DNA of 64,000 bases from Hypanus sabinus. Taxonomy: Eukaryota. The notes under the pieces are model-generated. The model ran no database searches and was not told the origin of the DNA. It saw only the letters and a list, made by a program, of their open reading frames with translations. A program made the translations under genes and the position numbers. Each line of letters starts with the position of its first letter. The first letter of the stretch is position 1. The stretch lies in assembly GCF_030144855.1 (NCBI RefSeq), contig NC_082708.1:84134001-84198000 (forward strand). The letters are read 5' to 3'. Below are positions 25,473-38,879 of the stretch, piece after piece.

Positions 25473-26097
25473 CTTGTACTAACGTGCTGCTGCGGCTTAC
25501 CATCAGGCACGCTTACTCGCATCTGATAGCGAGGTGTGACATAGGGCTTTGATAACCTCATGATATCTCAATATATATATCTATAATTATAGACAGCCAG
25601 GCAATTTTGTTGCATTTACTGCTATGTAGGAGATGTGGCAACCAAGGTTTGTCTACAATTTACTGCAACATTTAGACAATAACCTGTTGGCTGCGGGACT
25701 GATGGGAAACTTCTTGCCATTGTTTTGTTCATTTATTTTAAGAATGCAATCGTTACCAAGAAGACCAATATTTATTGCCTATCCATAATTACCCTTTGCT
25801 GGATGTGGGATGTCTTCTTGTACTGCTGCAGTCCCTTGTTCAAGTTATCAGTCCCATAATGCTGAAAGACAATTCTAGATGGAGGCTTAGCAACCCTGCC
25901 CTGCGTTTTATCTCATCTTTGCTGCATGCATACATGGACTGCTTTTTTTAATCAGGAACTGTGAATAAAATTTAATTTATAAAGAAAATTTTAAAGAGAG
26001 AACTGAATCAAGCATTACAATCTTTATTTATGAAGAAGTAGATAGATTATTTGCATAATGATAGCAATGGCAAGAACAATAGCAAAGGCCACTGTTA

Positions 26098-26320
26098 ATA
26101 GAAACATAGAAAACCACAAAGCTGTGTTGAACATGTCCTTACCTGAGAAATTACCCAGGGTTATTTTCCTGAGCTGTATGTACCTGTCCAGGAGCCTCTT
26201 AAAAGTCCCTTTTGTATCCGCCTCCAACACAGTTGCCAGCAGCCCATTCCACACACTCACCACTCTCTGCGTCAAAAAACTTACCCCTGATACCTCCTCT
26301 GTACCTACTTCCAAGCACCT
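26098..26320 (-). mobile_element. CR1 3' end
   Basis: FLTQRVVSVWNGL...TFKRLLDRY; tagaaacatagaaa tail. Confidence 0.85.
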
Positions 26321-26549
26321 TAATGAAAAATATTAAAGATATCCACTTGATGCAGGTATTAAACCTCAACAATAATGATCAGTTAGGCACAGAGAGAATC
26401 TGTATGAACCTACAAATATTGTTTTTAGTTCAGTTAAAATCAAACAAAGAAACTTGACACTCCTTAAATAGTCAAAGAATAGAAAAGTTAATACCTAGGA
26501 ACAGGACTCTAGTCAGGTATTCCTCTTGAACCTGATGAAAACACTCTCT

Positions 26550-27115
26550 AAGGAAGGAGGAATGCAGCAGAAAGGATACAGACCAGTTAGCCTGACCTTA
26601 GTAGTTGGGAAGATGTTAGAATCAATTGTTAAGGAAGAGGTGATGGAGTATTTGGTGACACATGACAAGATAGTACAAAGTCACCATGGTGTCCTTCAGG
26701 GAAAATCCTGCCTGACGAACCTGTTGGAATTGTTTGAGGAGATTACAAGTAGGATAGATAAAGGGGATGCAGTAGATGTTGTACAAGGTGCCACACAAGA
26801 GGCTGCTTACCAAGTTAAGAGCCCATGGTATTACTAACATGGTTAGAGCATTGGCTGATTGGTAGGAGGCAGTGAGTAGGAATAAAAGGATCCTTTTCTG
26901 GTTGGCTGCCAATAATGAGTGGTGTTTCGCAGGGTTTGATGTTGGAACCACTTCTTTTTATGCGATATATAAATGATTTGGATGATGGAATAGATGGCTT
27001 TGTTGTCAAGTTTGCAGATGAAGCAAAGATTGGTGGAGGGGCAGCTAATGTTGAGGAAAGAGGTAGGATGCAGAAGGCCTTAGACAGATTAGGAGAATAG
27101 GCAAGAAAGTGGCAA
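26550..27115 (+). mobile_element. CR1 RT fragment
   Basis: YRPVSLT.VVGKMLESI, KSCLTNLL, SGVSQG, KFADEAKIGG. Confidence 0.9.
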
Positions 27116-28485
27116 ATCTCTCTTTTTTTATCTCTGTCTCCATCTCTGGAGACAAACTGTCCACTGACATCTTTTATAAACCTGCCAATTCCCATGGCTA
27201 TCTTGATTATACCTCTCCTTATCCTGTCTCCTGTAAAAATGCAATTCGCTTTCCTCTGTTTCTTTGTCTCCACTGCATCTGTTCCTATGATGAAGCTTTC
27301 CTTTCCAGGACATCAGAGATGTTCTCCTTCTTCAGAAACAGGGTTTTTCTTCCTCCATTGATGCTGCCCTTACCTACATTTTCTCCATTTCCCAAATATC
27401 TGCACTCACTCCATCTTCCCACTGCCTTAACAGGAAAAGAATTCCATTTGTCCTCACCATCCCATGAACATTTGCATCCAACATATCATTGTCCTCAACT
27501 TCAGCTAACTTTAACAGAGCCTTACCACCAAACACATCCTTAACTCCCCAAACCTACTCTCCACTTCCTGCAGGGAAGCTTCTATGTTGTCTATGCTGCT
27601 CCCATTAACCGTGGTGATCGAAACCAAGAGCTGGGACAACAGAAGTGCCCTTTCTTGCTGAGCACATCAGCTAACAGGGCTCACTCTTTGATTCTCTTGT
27701 CCAATCGTCTCTCCCACTAATGTCCCTCCTGACACCTATCCCCTGCAAGTGGCAAAAGTGCTACTCCCCCCTCACCTCCATTCAGAGCCCCAAACAGTCC
27801 TTCCAGGTGAGTCAACACTTCAGCTGCAAACCTGTTGGGGCCATCTTCTGTATCTGTTGCTCCCGATGTGGCATCCTCTACAAGTGTAGTTTGAGGGACC
27901 ACTTTGCCAAATATCTCAGCTCCATTCACAAAAAGTGGTATTTCCTGATGGCCAACCAATTTAATTCATATCCTCATTCCCATTCTGACATGTTGGTTTG
28001 TTCTTCTTCTACAAAGATGAGGCTATTCTCAGGTTAGGTGGGCAACACATCATATTCCTTCTTTGTAGCCTCCAACCTGATGGTATGAACATAAATTTCT
28101 CTAATTCCCCCTTCCCTCTTCTCCATATCCCTATTCTGGTCTCTAGGCTCTTCTCCTCACATGGCTATCACCTCCCCTTGGTGCTCCTTCTCCTTCTCTT
28201 TCCCCATGACCATTCTCTTCTCCTTTCAGATTATTTTTTCTCTAGCCCTTTGCCTTTTCCACTTACTAACTCCCAGTTTCTTATTCTATCCACCCACAAC
28301 CTACTTGGCTACATCTATCACCTTCCAGCTTGTCCTCCTCCCTCCTCCCCCCACCTTCTTATTCTGGCATCTTCCCCCTTCATTTCCAGTCCTGATAAAG
28401 GATTTCGGCCTGACTCGTTGACTAATAATTCATTTCCATAGATGCTGGCTGCCTTGCTGAGTTCCTCCAACATTTTTTTTGTGTT
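27115..28485 (+). mobile_element. Penelope-like element: RT thumb, GIY-YIG and pseudo-LTR
   Basis: SVSISGDKLSTDIFYKP.NSHGYLDY, CICCSRCGILY, LQPDGMNINFSN; pLTR with a degenerate hammerhead at ~28389-28422. Confidence 0.85.
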
Positions 28486-28630
28486 GAACTTGTTGAGGGT
28501 GAGGACCAGTTCTGCCAGATGGAGGAGGGTGGTAGTGTAATGCAACTGGACAGGTCTGTTGTCAAGAAAGAAGCAGAGAGCTTTAGGGCTTTCTTGATGA
28601 GGTATAAAGTCTACAGGATTAGGCATCCAT
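28483..28630 (-). mobile_element. Penelope RT fragment (opposite strand)
   Basis: IPHQE..KALCFFLDNRP...TTTLLHLAELVLTLN. Confidence 0.75.
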
Positions 28631-29039
28631 GTTGAAAATGAGGCGATCAGGGTATAAATAAAATGATTGGTCTCCTTTTCCCAGGACAGAGTCTAAACAG
28701 AGAAGACATAGATCTAAAGAGAGGGAAGAGAGATTTAACATGAAAATGACAGGTACATTTTTCACATGGAGGATAGTAGGTACAAGCTGCCAGAGGTAAT
28801 GAGAGAGGTGAGTACAATTATGGTGGTGGAAGTCTTCTGGACAGGTACATGTAGAGGAAAGGTTTAGAAAGAAATGGACCAAAAACAAAAAAATGAAAGT
28901 AAACATTTTGGTTGGCATAAACCAATCAGGCAGAAGAACCTTTATACAGGTTACATAGTTTATGTTGATTATATAAAGTTATACAATGCTATATGATTTT
29001 ATGACTCTATACTATGGTCTTGTTAGACAAAGCCCCAAA

Positions 29040-30950
29040 ATTAAACCACTCAGCCAATTGGGTCTGCTCCAGCATTCAATCATGGCTGATTTATTATTCC
29101 TCTCAACCCCATCCTCCTGCCTTCTCCCCGCAACCTTTCATGCCCTGATTAACCAAGGACCTATCAACCTCCAATTTAAATATACTCAATGACTTGGCCT
29201 CCACTGCTATTTGTGGCAATGAAATTTACAGATTCACCATCCTCTAGCTAAAGATAGTCCTTCTTTAAAGAAATGGATGTCACTGTATTCTGAGTCTGCC
29301 CTCTGGTCCATGTCTCATTCATTATAGGAAATATCCTCTCCACATCCAAACTATCGAGACCTTTCAATATTTAAAAGTTTTCATTGAGATACCCCATTCT
29401 TCCAAACACCAGTGAATACAGGCCCAGAGCCATCAAAGTCTCCTCATACTTTTAACCCTTTCATTCCCAGCATCATTCTAGTGTACGTCATCTGGACCCT
29501 CTCCAATGCCAGCACATCTTTTCTTAGACAAAGAGTCCAAAACTGCTCGCAGTACTCCAAGTGCTCTCTGACCAATGCCTTAAAAAGACTCAGCATCACA
29601 TCCTTGATTTTAGATTCTAGTCCTCTTGAAATGAATGCAAACATTGTATTTGCCTTCCTTACCACTAACTCAACCTGCAATATATTCCTAAAAGAATCCT
29701 GCACAAGGACTCCCAAGTACTTTTGGACCTCTGATTTTTGAGTTTTCTCCTTGTTTAGAAAACAGTTTTTTTTTTCCTTCTACCAAAATACATGGCCATA
29801 CATTTCCTTATATTCCATCAGCTGCTTCTTTGCCCATTTTCCCAACCTCTCTCTTATGCCTCTGTAATTCCCTTTACTCCACTGTAGTACCTATACATCT
29901 GCCTTTGGCTTCTTCCTCTAAAACTGTAGGGTGAATGTCTCCTAAAGGTTCCTTTACCTTAAGCTCCCTAATCAAATCTGGTTAATTCCATAATACCCAG
30001 TCTGAAGATGCCTTTCTCCTATTGGGCTCAACAACAAGCCATCTCATAGACATTCTACGAATTCCCTCCCTCGGCACTAACCCAATTTTCCCAATTTACC
30101 TGCATATTGAAGTCACCCATATCTATAGTAACATAGCCCTTATTACATGTCTTTTCTATTTCCTGTTCAAATTTATATCTCACATTCTGGCTACTGTTCA
30201 GGGGTCAGTATAGCACTCCCATCAGGGATTTTTTTTTTACCTTGCGGTTTCTCAACTCAACCCACAAGGATTCTACTCCTGATCCTATGTCACTTTTTTC
30301 TAAAGATGTAATTTCATTTTTTACCAAGACAGCTACCCACCTTCTTTGCTTACCTGCCTGTCCTTCAGATGCAAGATGCATCCTTAGACATTAAGCTCCC
30401 AACTATGATCTTCTTTCAGCCATAAGTTAGTGATGCCCACAACATCGTACCTAGCAATCTCTAACTGTGCGACAAGATCATCTGCCTTATTCTATATACT
30501 TTGTGCAGTCAAATATAACACCTTCAGTTCTGTATTCATCACTCTTTACAATTTTGCCCCCATTTTATACTTCAACTCATCCTACTAACTGTAGTTGTGC
30601 TCTATCACCTGTCTGTTCTACCTTCCAGTCTCACTACACAATGCATCGACTTGTATTATCCTCAGCCGTATCACTCCAGTTCCCATCCCTCTGTCAGTTT
30701 AGTTTAATCCCTCCACCACAGTTTTCGCAAACCTGCCTGGAAGGATATTAGTCCCCATCAGGTTCAGTTATAATTGAACATGTCATACCTTCCCCAGGAG
30801 AAATCCTAGTGATTCAGAAATGCACAGAACTTCTTTCCCTCTTTTGCCTTGCTCCCTACTGCCAATATGTACCATGACCTCTGGCCACTCACCCTCCCTC
30901 TTGAGTATCTTCTGCAGCTGCTTTGAGACATCTTGGATCCTAGCAACTGG
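29040..30950 (-). mobile_element. Fragmented CR1 LINE
   Basis: ORF 29444-29716 (RKANTMFAFISRG..HLEYCEQFW); degenerate upstream EN/ORF1-like region. Confidence 0.75.
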
Positions 30951-31087
30951 AAGGACAAACTGGAAGATAATACCATCTTCATGATGTACCTTTAACTGGA
31001 AGAAGGTAATGCTCTGTCATTTCTGTGTCATCCTTCTGGGATGTAAACGTCTTATGATCTTATAGCTGTCTCCGAAGCAGACCAAAC

Positions 31088-31310
31088 CTAAGTTCAAAGT
31101 AAATTTATTATCAGAGTGCATACATGTCACCACATACAACCCTGCAATTCTTTTTGTGCAATCATACTTAGTATTTCTGTAGAACAGTAACTGTAAACAT
31201 CAGGAACTAAACTGTAAACAAACTGTGCAAATGCAGATATAAATAAATAGCAATAAATAATGAGCATGAAATAACAATATAACAGGGTCCTTAAATAGGT
31301 GTAGCTATCT
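31088..31310 (-). mobile_element. Rex1/Babar 3'UTR
   Basis: aagttcaaagtaaatttattatc tail shared with 23478. Confidence 0.55.
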
Positions 31311-31319
31311 CCTTTTGCG

Positions 31320-32925
31320 TGACTCATCTTCCGGTGTCATTCTCATATATCTCTGGTTACTTTTATTCATAGGGTTTTCTTGGTAAATTACTGGAGAAGG
31401 TTGTCATTTCCTTCTCCAGAGGAATGCTGGTCTAGAGGACTTAAACGTTGGAATCAAAATTGCTGGACAAAATATTAACAACCTCAGCATTGCAGGTGAT
31501 ACTACTCTAATGGCTGAAAGTGAGGAGTATCTGAGGATGCTTCTAATCAAAGTGAAAGAAGAAATCCCTACTAACTCCGTGGTGATAAATGGAAAGGAAG
31601 TGGAAGCAGTGACAGATATTGTCTTCCTCAGTTCAAAGATTTCTATAGATGGTAACTACAGCCACAAAATTAAACAGCGCTTACTTCTGAGGAGGGCAGC
31701 AAAATGGCAAATTTAGATAAAATACTGAAGAGCAGTGTTACGTACTCGTGACACATGACAGTGGTGCCCTTGTCACGTAACTGGACTTGAGGTGATGGTC
31801 TTGTGATGGTGGAATGACGTCATTTTCCCGCCAGTAGAGATCATGTGATGGGTTTTTTTTTTTTACAGGTTATAAAAGGTAGACCCCACCCTGTGAGGAG
31901 GGGCAGTTCGTGGCTGGATTTGCCAGATTGACTTCATGCCACTGCGTGTTTGAAGTGATGACACAGTTTAGTTGAAGGATGAAGTTTTTATTTAATGCCT
32001 AAAGTTTAAAAGGTCATTGCCAGCAGGTTCTTTATGATTCTGTTAGTTCAAGAAATTAGTGGAGAGTGAAGATTGGAAGTTCGGAAGTTAAAGATCGAGG
32101 AGAATCGCTTTCTACGGTGAAACGGGGCCGACCTTTGTTTGATCCTTATTTGGAAGGATTTCATTGACTATCTTTGTGTTAATCCCTAGGTTTAACTAGA
32201 AAGGATTGAAGGTAGTGGAGAAGGAAAGGTCAGTGCCTTTAAGCCGTTCTGTTTCGTATATTCTTTGTGGGAAGTTCGACATCGGGGATCGAAGCAAGCG
32301 ACGTGAAAGAGAACCTAAATTGTCCTATAAAGTTTCTCCTTTTAAATGGACTGCGAGCATATCGAACTTTTGGCAATACCACTTTTAAGAACTATTTTTG
32401 GAATATCACTTTAAGAACTGTTTTTGGAATATCACTTTAAGAACTGTTTTTGGAATATCACTTTATGAACTGTTTGGGCTGCCGCTCAGCAGCTGTTTCC
32501 GGTTACGGTAGTGTTTGTTTACTTTTGGGGGGTTTGTTTTCTGTGTTTAATAAACGTGTTGTTTGTTATAAGAAACCCATGCCGAACTCATATATTTATT
32601 GTTGCCTGAATACATAACAGCAGAGACATAACATTGTCTACGAAGATCCGGATTGTCAAGTCTATGGTATTTCCAGTTGTGATGTATGACTGTGAGAGCT
32701 GGACTGTTAGTAAGACTGAATACAAAAGAATCAATCCCTTTGAACTTGGATGCTGGAGGAAAGTGTTAAAGAGTTTGTTGGACAGCAAGAAGATCCATCA
32801 AGACAATACTTGAAGAAATACAGCCAGACTGCTCGGTAGGAGGATTGATTATGAGACAAAAGCTCAAATATTTTGGCCACATCATGAGAAGACAGGATTC
32901 CTTGGAGAAGACTCTCATGTTAGGT
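31320..32925 (+). mobile_element. RTE-BovB LINE fragment, split by a solo LTR, with an inverted 5' piece
   Basis: GIKIAGQNINNL...DTTLMAESEE.L..LL.KVKEE; HKIKQRLLL; LDKILKS|RDITLSTKIRIVKSMVFPVVMYDCESWT; KLKYFGHIMRRQDSLEKTLMLG, near-colinear with BovB RT as I recall it. Confidence 0.9.
31736..32619 (+). mobile_element. Gypsy-type solo LTR (884 bp) with an internal 26-bp tandem repeat
   Basis: TGTTAC...ATAACA; 4-bp TSD gcag at 31732-31735 and 32620-32623; TATAAAA ~31871; AATAAA ~32549; gaatatcactttaagaactgtttttg about 4 times at ~32374-32477. Confidence 0.9.
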
Positions 32926-33340
32926 TGGGGCAGTTTTACCCGTGAAGTACTGTACTGAATGCACTACCTGTTGTAGGATTTTCTGCTCAAAGGTGTTCCT
33001 ATACCAGACTGTAATGCAGCCAGTCAGCACACTTTCCTCTACGCATCTACAGACATTTGCCAAGGTTCTCGATGGCATGCTGAACCTCCACAGACTCTTG
33101 AGGAAGTGTTATACTGTTATACTTTCTTCACAATGATAGTTATATGTGTCCAGGATAGGTCCTCTGATAGTGGCATTCAGGAATTTAAAGTTACTGACTG
33201 TCTCCACCTCTGATCCTCCGATGATTACCGGCTCATGCATTTTTGATTTCCCTCTCCTTAAGCCAACAATCAGCTCCTTGGTCTTATTGACATTGAGTGA
33301 GGGGTTGTTGCTATTACACTACTCAGAAAAAAATTTTAAT
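32925..33340 (-). mobile_element. Rex1/Babar RT fragment
   Basis: Reverse strand gives LNVNKTKELIVG, VETVSNFKFL. Confidence 0.65.
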
Positions 33341-34949
33341 CTCTAGTATAACACCATAAGAAGGTAAGATATAGGAGCAGAATTTGGCCCATCGAGTCTG
33401 CTCTTCTGTTTCATCATGACTGATCCAATTTTCCTCTCAGACCCAATCTCCTGCCCTCTCCCTGTATCCCATCATGCTCTGACCAATCAAGAATGTATCA
33501 GCCTCTGCCTTAAGCATACATAAAGACTTGACTTCCACAGCTGCCTGTGGCAAAGAATTCCACAGATTCACCACCCTCTGGCTAAAGAAATTCCTCCTCG
33601 TCTCTATTCTAAAGGATGTCCCTCTATTCTGAGGCTGTGTCCTCTTGTTTTAGACTTTCTCACCATAGGAAACATCCTCTCCACATCCACTCTATCAAAG
33701 CCTTTCACTGTTTGATAGATATCAATGAGGTCATGCCTCATTCTTCCAGTGTATACAGGCCCAGAGCCATCAGATGCTCTTCATATGACAAACCACTCAA
33801 CCCTGGAATTATTTTTGTGATCTTCTTTTGAACCTTCTCCAGTTTCTAAGATAAGGGGCCCAAACCTGCTCACAATACCCCAGGAGAGGCCTCACCACTG
33901 CTTTATAAAGTTTCAACATTATATCTTTGCTTTTATATTCTATTCCTCTTTAAATTAATGCCAACATTGCATTTGCCTTCCTCACCATGGACTCAACCTG
34001 CAAAGTAACCTTTAGAGAATCCTGCATAAGTACTCCCACATCCCTTTGTGTCTCAGTTTTTTGTATTTTCTCTCCATTTAGAAAATAGTCAACCATTTCA
34101 TTTCTTCTAACAAAATGCATGACCATGCACTTCCCAACACTGTATTCCATCTGTTATTTCTTTGCCCATTCTCCTAATCTGTCTAAGTCCTTCTGTAGCC
34201 TCTCTACTTCCTCAAAACTACCTCTTCCTCCACCCATCTTCATATCATCTGCAAACTTTTTATCAAAGCCATCAATTTCACCATCCAAATTATTGACATA
34301 TAACATAAAAAGAATCAGTGCAAACACAGATCCCTGCGGAACACCACTTGTCTCCAGCAGCCAGTCAGATAAGGATCCCATTATTCCCAACCTTTGCCTC
34401 CTGCCAATCAACCACTGTTAGAATCCTTCCTGTAGTCCCATGCGCTTGTAGCTTGTTAAGCACCTTGTCAAAAGTCTTCTGAAAATCCAAGAACACAACG
34501 TCAAGCAAATTCTCCTTAGTCTATCCTGCTTGTTACTTCTTCAAAGAATTCCAACAGATTTGTCAGGCAAGATCTTTCCTTGAAGAAACCATGCTGACTC
34601 TGGACTATTTTATCATGTGCCTCCAAATACCTTGAGACCTCATCCTTAATAATTGACTCCAACATCATCACTGAGGTCAGACTAATTGTCCTGTAGTTTC
34701 CTTTCTTCCGTCTCTTTCCTTTCTTGAAGAGTGGAGTGACATTTGCAATTTTACTGTTTTCCTGAACCATTGCAGAATCTAGTGATTCTTGAAAGATTAT
34801 GGTCTTTTCAGCCACCTCTTTCAGAACTCTAGGCTGTACACCATCTGGTCCAGGTGAGTTATCTACCTTCAGACCTTTCAGTTTCCCTTCTCTCTAGTTA
34901 TAGAAAATTCACACAGCCCAGCGCATCTGTAGTTGTGAACTTCCCATGA

Positions 34950-35530
34950 TTCAGGATATTTACAGAGACAACACGAGGAAATCTGCAGAAGCTGGAAATT
35001 CAAACAACACACACAAAATACTGCTGGAACACAGCAGGCCAGGCAGCAGCTATAAGGAGAAGCACTGTCGACATTTCGAACTGGGACTCTTCGTAGGACT
35101 TGACGAAGGATCTCAGCCGGAAACATCGACAGTACTTAAGGGTCTCGGCCCGAAACGTCGACAGTGCTTCTCCTTATAGATGCTGCCTGGCCTGCTGTGT
35201 TCCACCAGCATTTTGTGTGCGTTATTTACAGAGACAGGTGTGTAAAAAGGGCCCATAGGATCACTGGGGACCCAAGTCATCCCAACTGCAAACTATTCTA
35301 GCTGCACCATCTGCTACCAGAACCAACAGACTCTGGGACAGCTTCTTCCACCAGGCCATCAGACTGATGAACTCACACTGATTTGAGCGTACTCTATATT
35401 GCATTGACTGTTCTATTTTTTATAAATTACAATGATTGCACATGAAACATTTAGGTGGAGACATAACATAAAGATTTTTACTCCTCATATATGTGAAGGA
35501 TGTAAAAAATAAAGTCAATTCAATTCAATT
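34950..35530 (+). mobile_element. Rex1/Babar 3' fragment
   Basis: IQDIYRD|RCVKRAH..GDPSHP, DSFFHQAIRLMN; aataaagt(caatt)n tail. Confidence 0.75.
34971..35222. mobile_element. Fold-back PLE-derived element with three hammerhead-like motifs and a 14-bp TSD
   Basis: TSD tatttacagagaca at 34957-34970 and 35223-35236; inverted arms cacacaaaatactgctggaacacagcaggcc / ggcctgctgtgttccaccagcattttgtgtg. Confidence 0.85.
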
Positions 35531-36104
35531 CATGTCCCCTGACGCCTGGAACTTCTACCATACTGCTAGTGTCTTCAACAGTGAAGACTGATTCAAAATA
35601 CTTATTCAGTTTGTCTGCTATTCAGTGCCCCCATTACTATCTCTCCAGCATCGTTTTCCAGTGGTCCAATATCTATCTTTTACACTTTATGTATCTTAAG
35701 AAGTTTCTGGTATCCTTTTTAATATTATTGTCTAGCTTACTTCTGTATTCTATTTTTTTCCTTAATGAGTTAATTAGTTGCCTTCTGTTGTTTTTTGAAA
35801 GCTTCCTAATCCTATAATTTTGCACTAATCCTCGCTCTATCATATGCCCGCTCTTTGGCTTTTATGTTGGCTTTTATTTCTCATGTTAGCCACAGTTGCA
35901 TCATCTTTCCTTTAGAATATTTCTTCCGCTTTGGGATGTATATATGCTGTGCCTTCCAAATTGCTTCCAGAAATTCCAGCCATTGCTGCTCTGCCATCAT
36001 CCCTGCCAGTGTTCTTTTCCAATCAACTCTAGCCAGCTCCTCTCTCATGTCCCTATAATTTCCTTTGTCACAGTGTGTCACTGTAATACTGACACATCTG
36101 ACTT

Positions 36105-37140
36105 TATGCTGATTTGTCACCCCTCTTGATACAGCCCACACAAGTTATATCCTTAGCAAACTTGTATCTGGTTTTGGAGCTGTACTTAGTCACACAGTCA
36201 TAGGTGTAAAGCGAGTAGAGCAGGGAGATAAGTACACATCCCTGTGGTGCTCCTGTGCTGATGAAGATTGTGGAGGAGATGTTTTTGCAAATCTGAACTG
36301 ACTGGGGTCTACAAATGAGGAAATCAAGGACCCAATTGCACAAGAGGTTATTGAGGCCCAGGTCTTAGAGTTCACTGATTAGTTTTGAGGGGATGATAGT
36401 ATTAAATACTGAGCTGTAATTGATACAGAGCATCCTATGTATGCATATTTGCTGTCCAGATATTCCAGGGTTGTGTGAAGAGCCAATGAGGTGGCATCTG
36501 CTGTGAACCTTTGAACAAGAGCTGATAGGCTTTAACGCCGGTCCCTCAAAACACATCATCACTGTAGATGTAAGTGTCACTGGGTGATAGTCATTTAGAC
36601 TGGTTACCACGCTCTTCTTGGGCTCTAGTAAAATTGAAGCATGTTTGAAGCAGGTGGGGTTTGCGCTATTCACACTGCCAGAGTAAGAGGTTGAAGATAT
36701 CCATGAACACACTAGCTAGTTGGTCAGCACGGGTCTTCAGTACTCAGTCATGTACTCCATCCAGACCAAATTCTTTCCTTGGATTCACTCACTTGAGGGC
36801 AGCCTGCACGTCATTTTCAGATACTGAGACCAAAGGATCATCCGGAGACATGGGGGGCACGATGGTTCCTCCCTGTTCTGGTGGTCAAAGTGAGCATAGA
36901 AAGCATTGAGCTGATCTGGAAGCAAAGCTCTGCTGTCCCCTTTGTCACAAGATTTAATTTTGTAGGAGGTTATGGCATTCAAACCCTGCCACAGTTGTTG
37001 AGCATCCCTGGTTGATTCCAGTCTTGTCTGGAATCTCCATTTTGCACAAGAGATGGCTTTCCTGAGATCATACCTGTACCTCTTGTAGCATTCTTGATCT
37101 CCAGACTTGAATGTCTTTCATCTGGCTCTCAGCAGGTTCT
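36105..37140 (-). mobile_element. Rex1/Babar RT fragment
   Basis: [50 protein letters not shown]. Confidence 0.85.
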
Positions 37141-38879
37141 GGATTTCCATCTTCAGAATACAGTACAGTTACTCACCTGCACCATTGCAAATGCACCACT
37201 TTACTCCATGTATTCCATCTGTAAGAAGACAAAGCTGGCAGGCAAATGGGAATGCCACCACCTACAGGTCTTCCTGCAACTCTCTGGGCATCCCAAGGTG
37301 CAAATTTACTTAGTTCCTTGATCACTGGTGAGTCAATTCTAGAACTTCCCACTCGGCAGCTCAGTCAGAGTACTGTCAACAGAGAGCGGCAGAAACCCTC
37401 ATCTCTTTTTATTGGCAATTAGGGATGAGAAATAAATATTGGCCTGGCCTTTGCATTCCCTTATCCAAAAAAATAAATAAACAACTCTGATAGAGGTGCA
37501 GTTTCTTTGATCCTCTTATCAATATTATAGTATTTGTCTTACAATATTTGGTATTGAATATAAATGTTGATATGTACTGAGCTATATGATTTTTTTAGGA
37601 ATTGATGTACTGATCCCTCTGATAATGTAACAGCACACACTGAGTGCCATTTAAGTTCAATTTTTAGCAGCAGGATATGTCAGTTAATCACATTATCTCT
37701 TTTCTTAGTTGGTATCACTGTCTTCTCTGTGTCAGAATGTTGTAGGTTGAGACCTTATTATCAATGTCTTTTTTGGACACTACTCTGAGGCTATGCACCA
37801 TAATATTACATGTTACTACCAGAGTGCTAATTGAGAAAGATTCACTACAAATGTAGCATTCAAAAAATGATCTCTCATAACACATCATGGGACATCAACA
37901 TCATAAGAATTCTGGAGTTGTAACATGACTATAAGCCAGGAGATGAACACTGGTTCTAAGAAGGATGTATTAGATCACAGAGCAGCAAGAGCTGATTTCC
38001 CTAAAGGTGACGGGGCAACCCACTGTAGTTACTTCACAACACCACATGCAATATAAACATCAGAAGCAATTTGTGCAAAGAATTCCCATAACCCACCGAT
38101 CATTTCACAGCTCTGGAATCCAGCCATCTCCATTTATCAAAGTGGAGGCAGAGGCAGCAATTATAACCAATTGTTAGTAGAATGCTGTGTTGATGATCTT
38201 ACTTGAGCTTCTCCTGAAGTCATCAGCTTCACCGATGCCAGGCTTCAGGGAACCCTATTCATACCATGCAATATGATGCAATTGCAGAGTTCAGTAGATC
38301 AAAAATGAGCTACACAATTTGGCAATATCCCAGTGGCCCATGACATTGATAAGCCATTTCTCTGAAGGCTATGATAGAAGTTGGAAAGAGGGAGAAGGAG
38401 GACCTCCTCTTGCTGGAAACGGATTTGCCAATCTTTAAGTGAAGAGGATGGTGACCCATCAAGATCTCAGCAAATACCTGTATTGGCAACAAGGGCTATC
38501 TTGAAGGGTTGGAGCAGTAGATGCAACACAGGAATGGCAAGGAGACACCTGCATGGGTTGTGTTTTATTTGCAGGTAGCCTGACTGCTGGGCTCAAAGAT
38601 GCCCTTGGTGCCAAGGCAACTTTGAAAACAGTCAGCTCCCTCCTCCACCACCACCCATGCAGTGGACTACACAGTTTACTGTAAATAATCCATTTGGGCA
38701 ACTTTCCTAGCCTCCACAGCAGAGGTGCCATGACAAAATCCAACCACTTGTAAAGATTTCTAAGCCTGCTATTCTTTTGACTGTAGATCAATGACAATTA
38801 GACTCCTTGATTGATATTGAGCCACTCTTTCTATAATCTGCGCTTCCAATCGGCCACAAGCATCTCTAAGTGATGAATC

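Larger units (their letters stand above)
33350..36105 (-). mobile_element. CR1 LINE, interrupted by Rex1 and a PLE hairpin
   Basis: ORFs 33950-34150, 34154-34411 (SGVPQGS, KFADD), 34516-34815 (ANVTPLFKKG..GNYR), 35881-36141. Confidence 0.9.
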
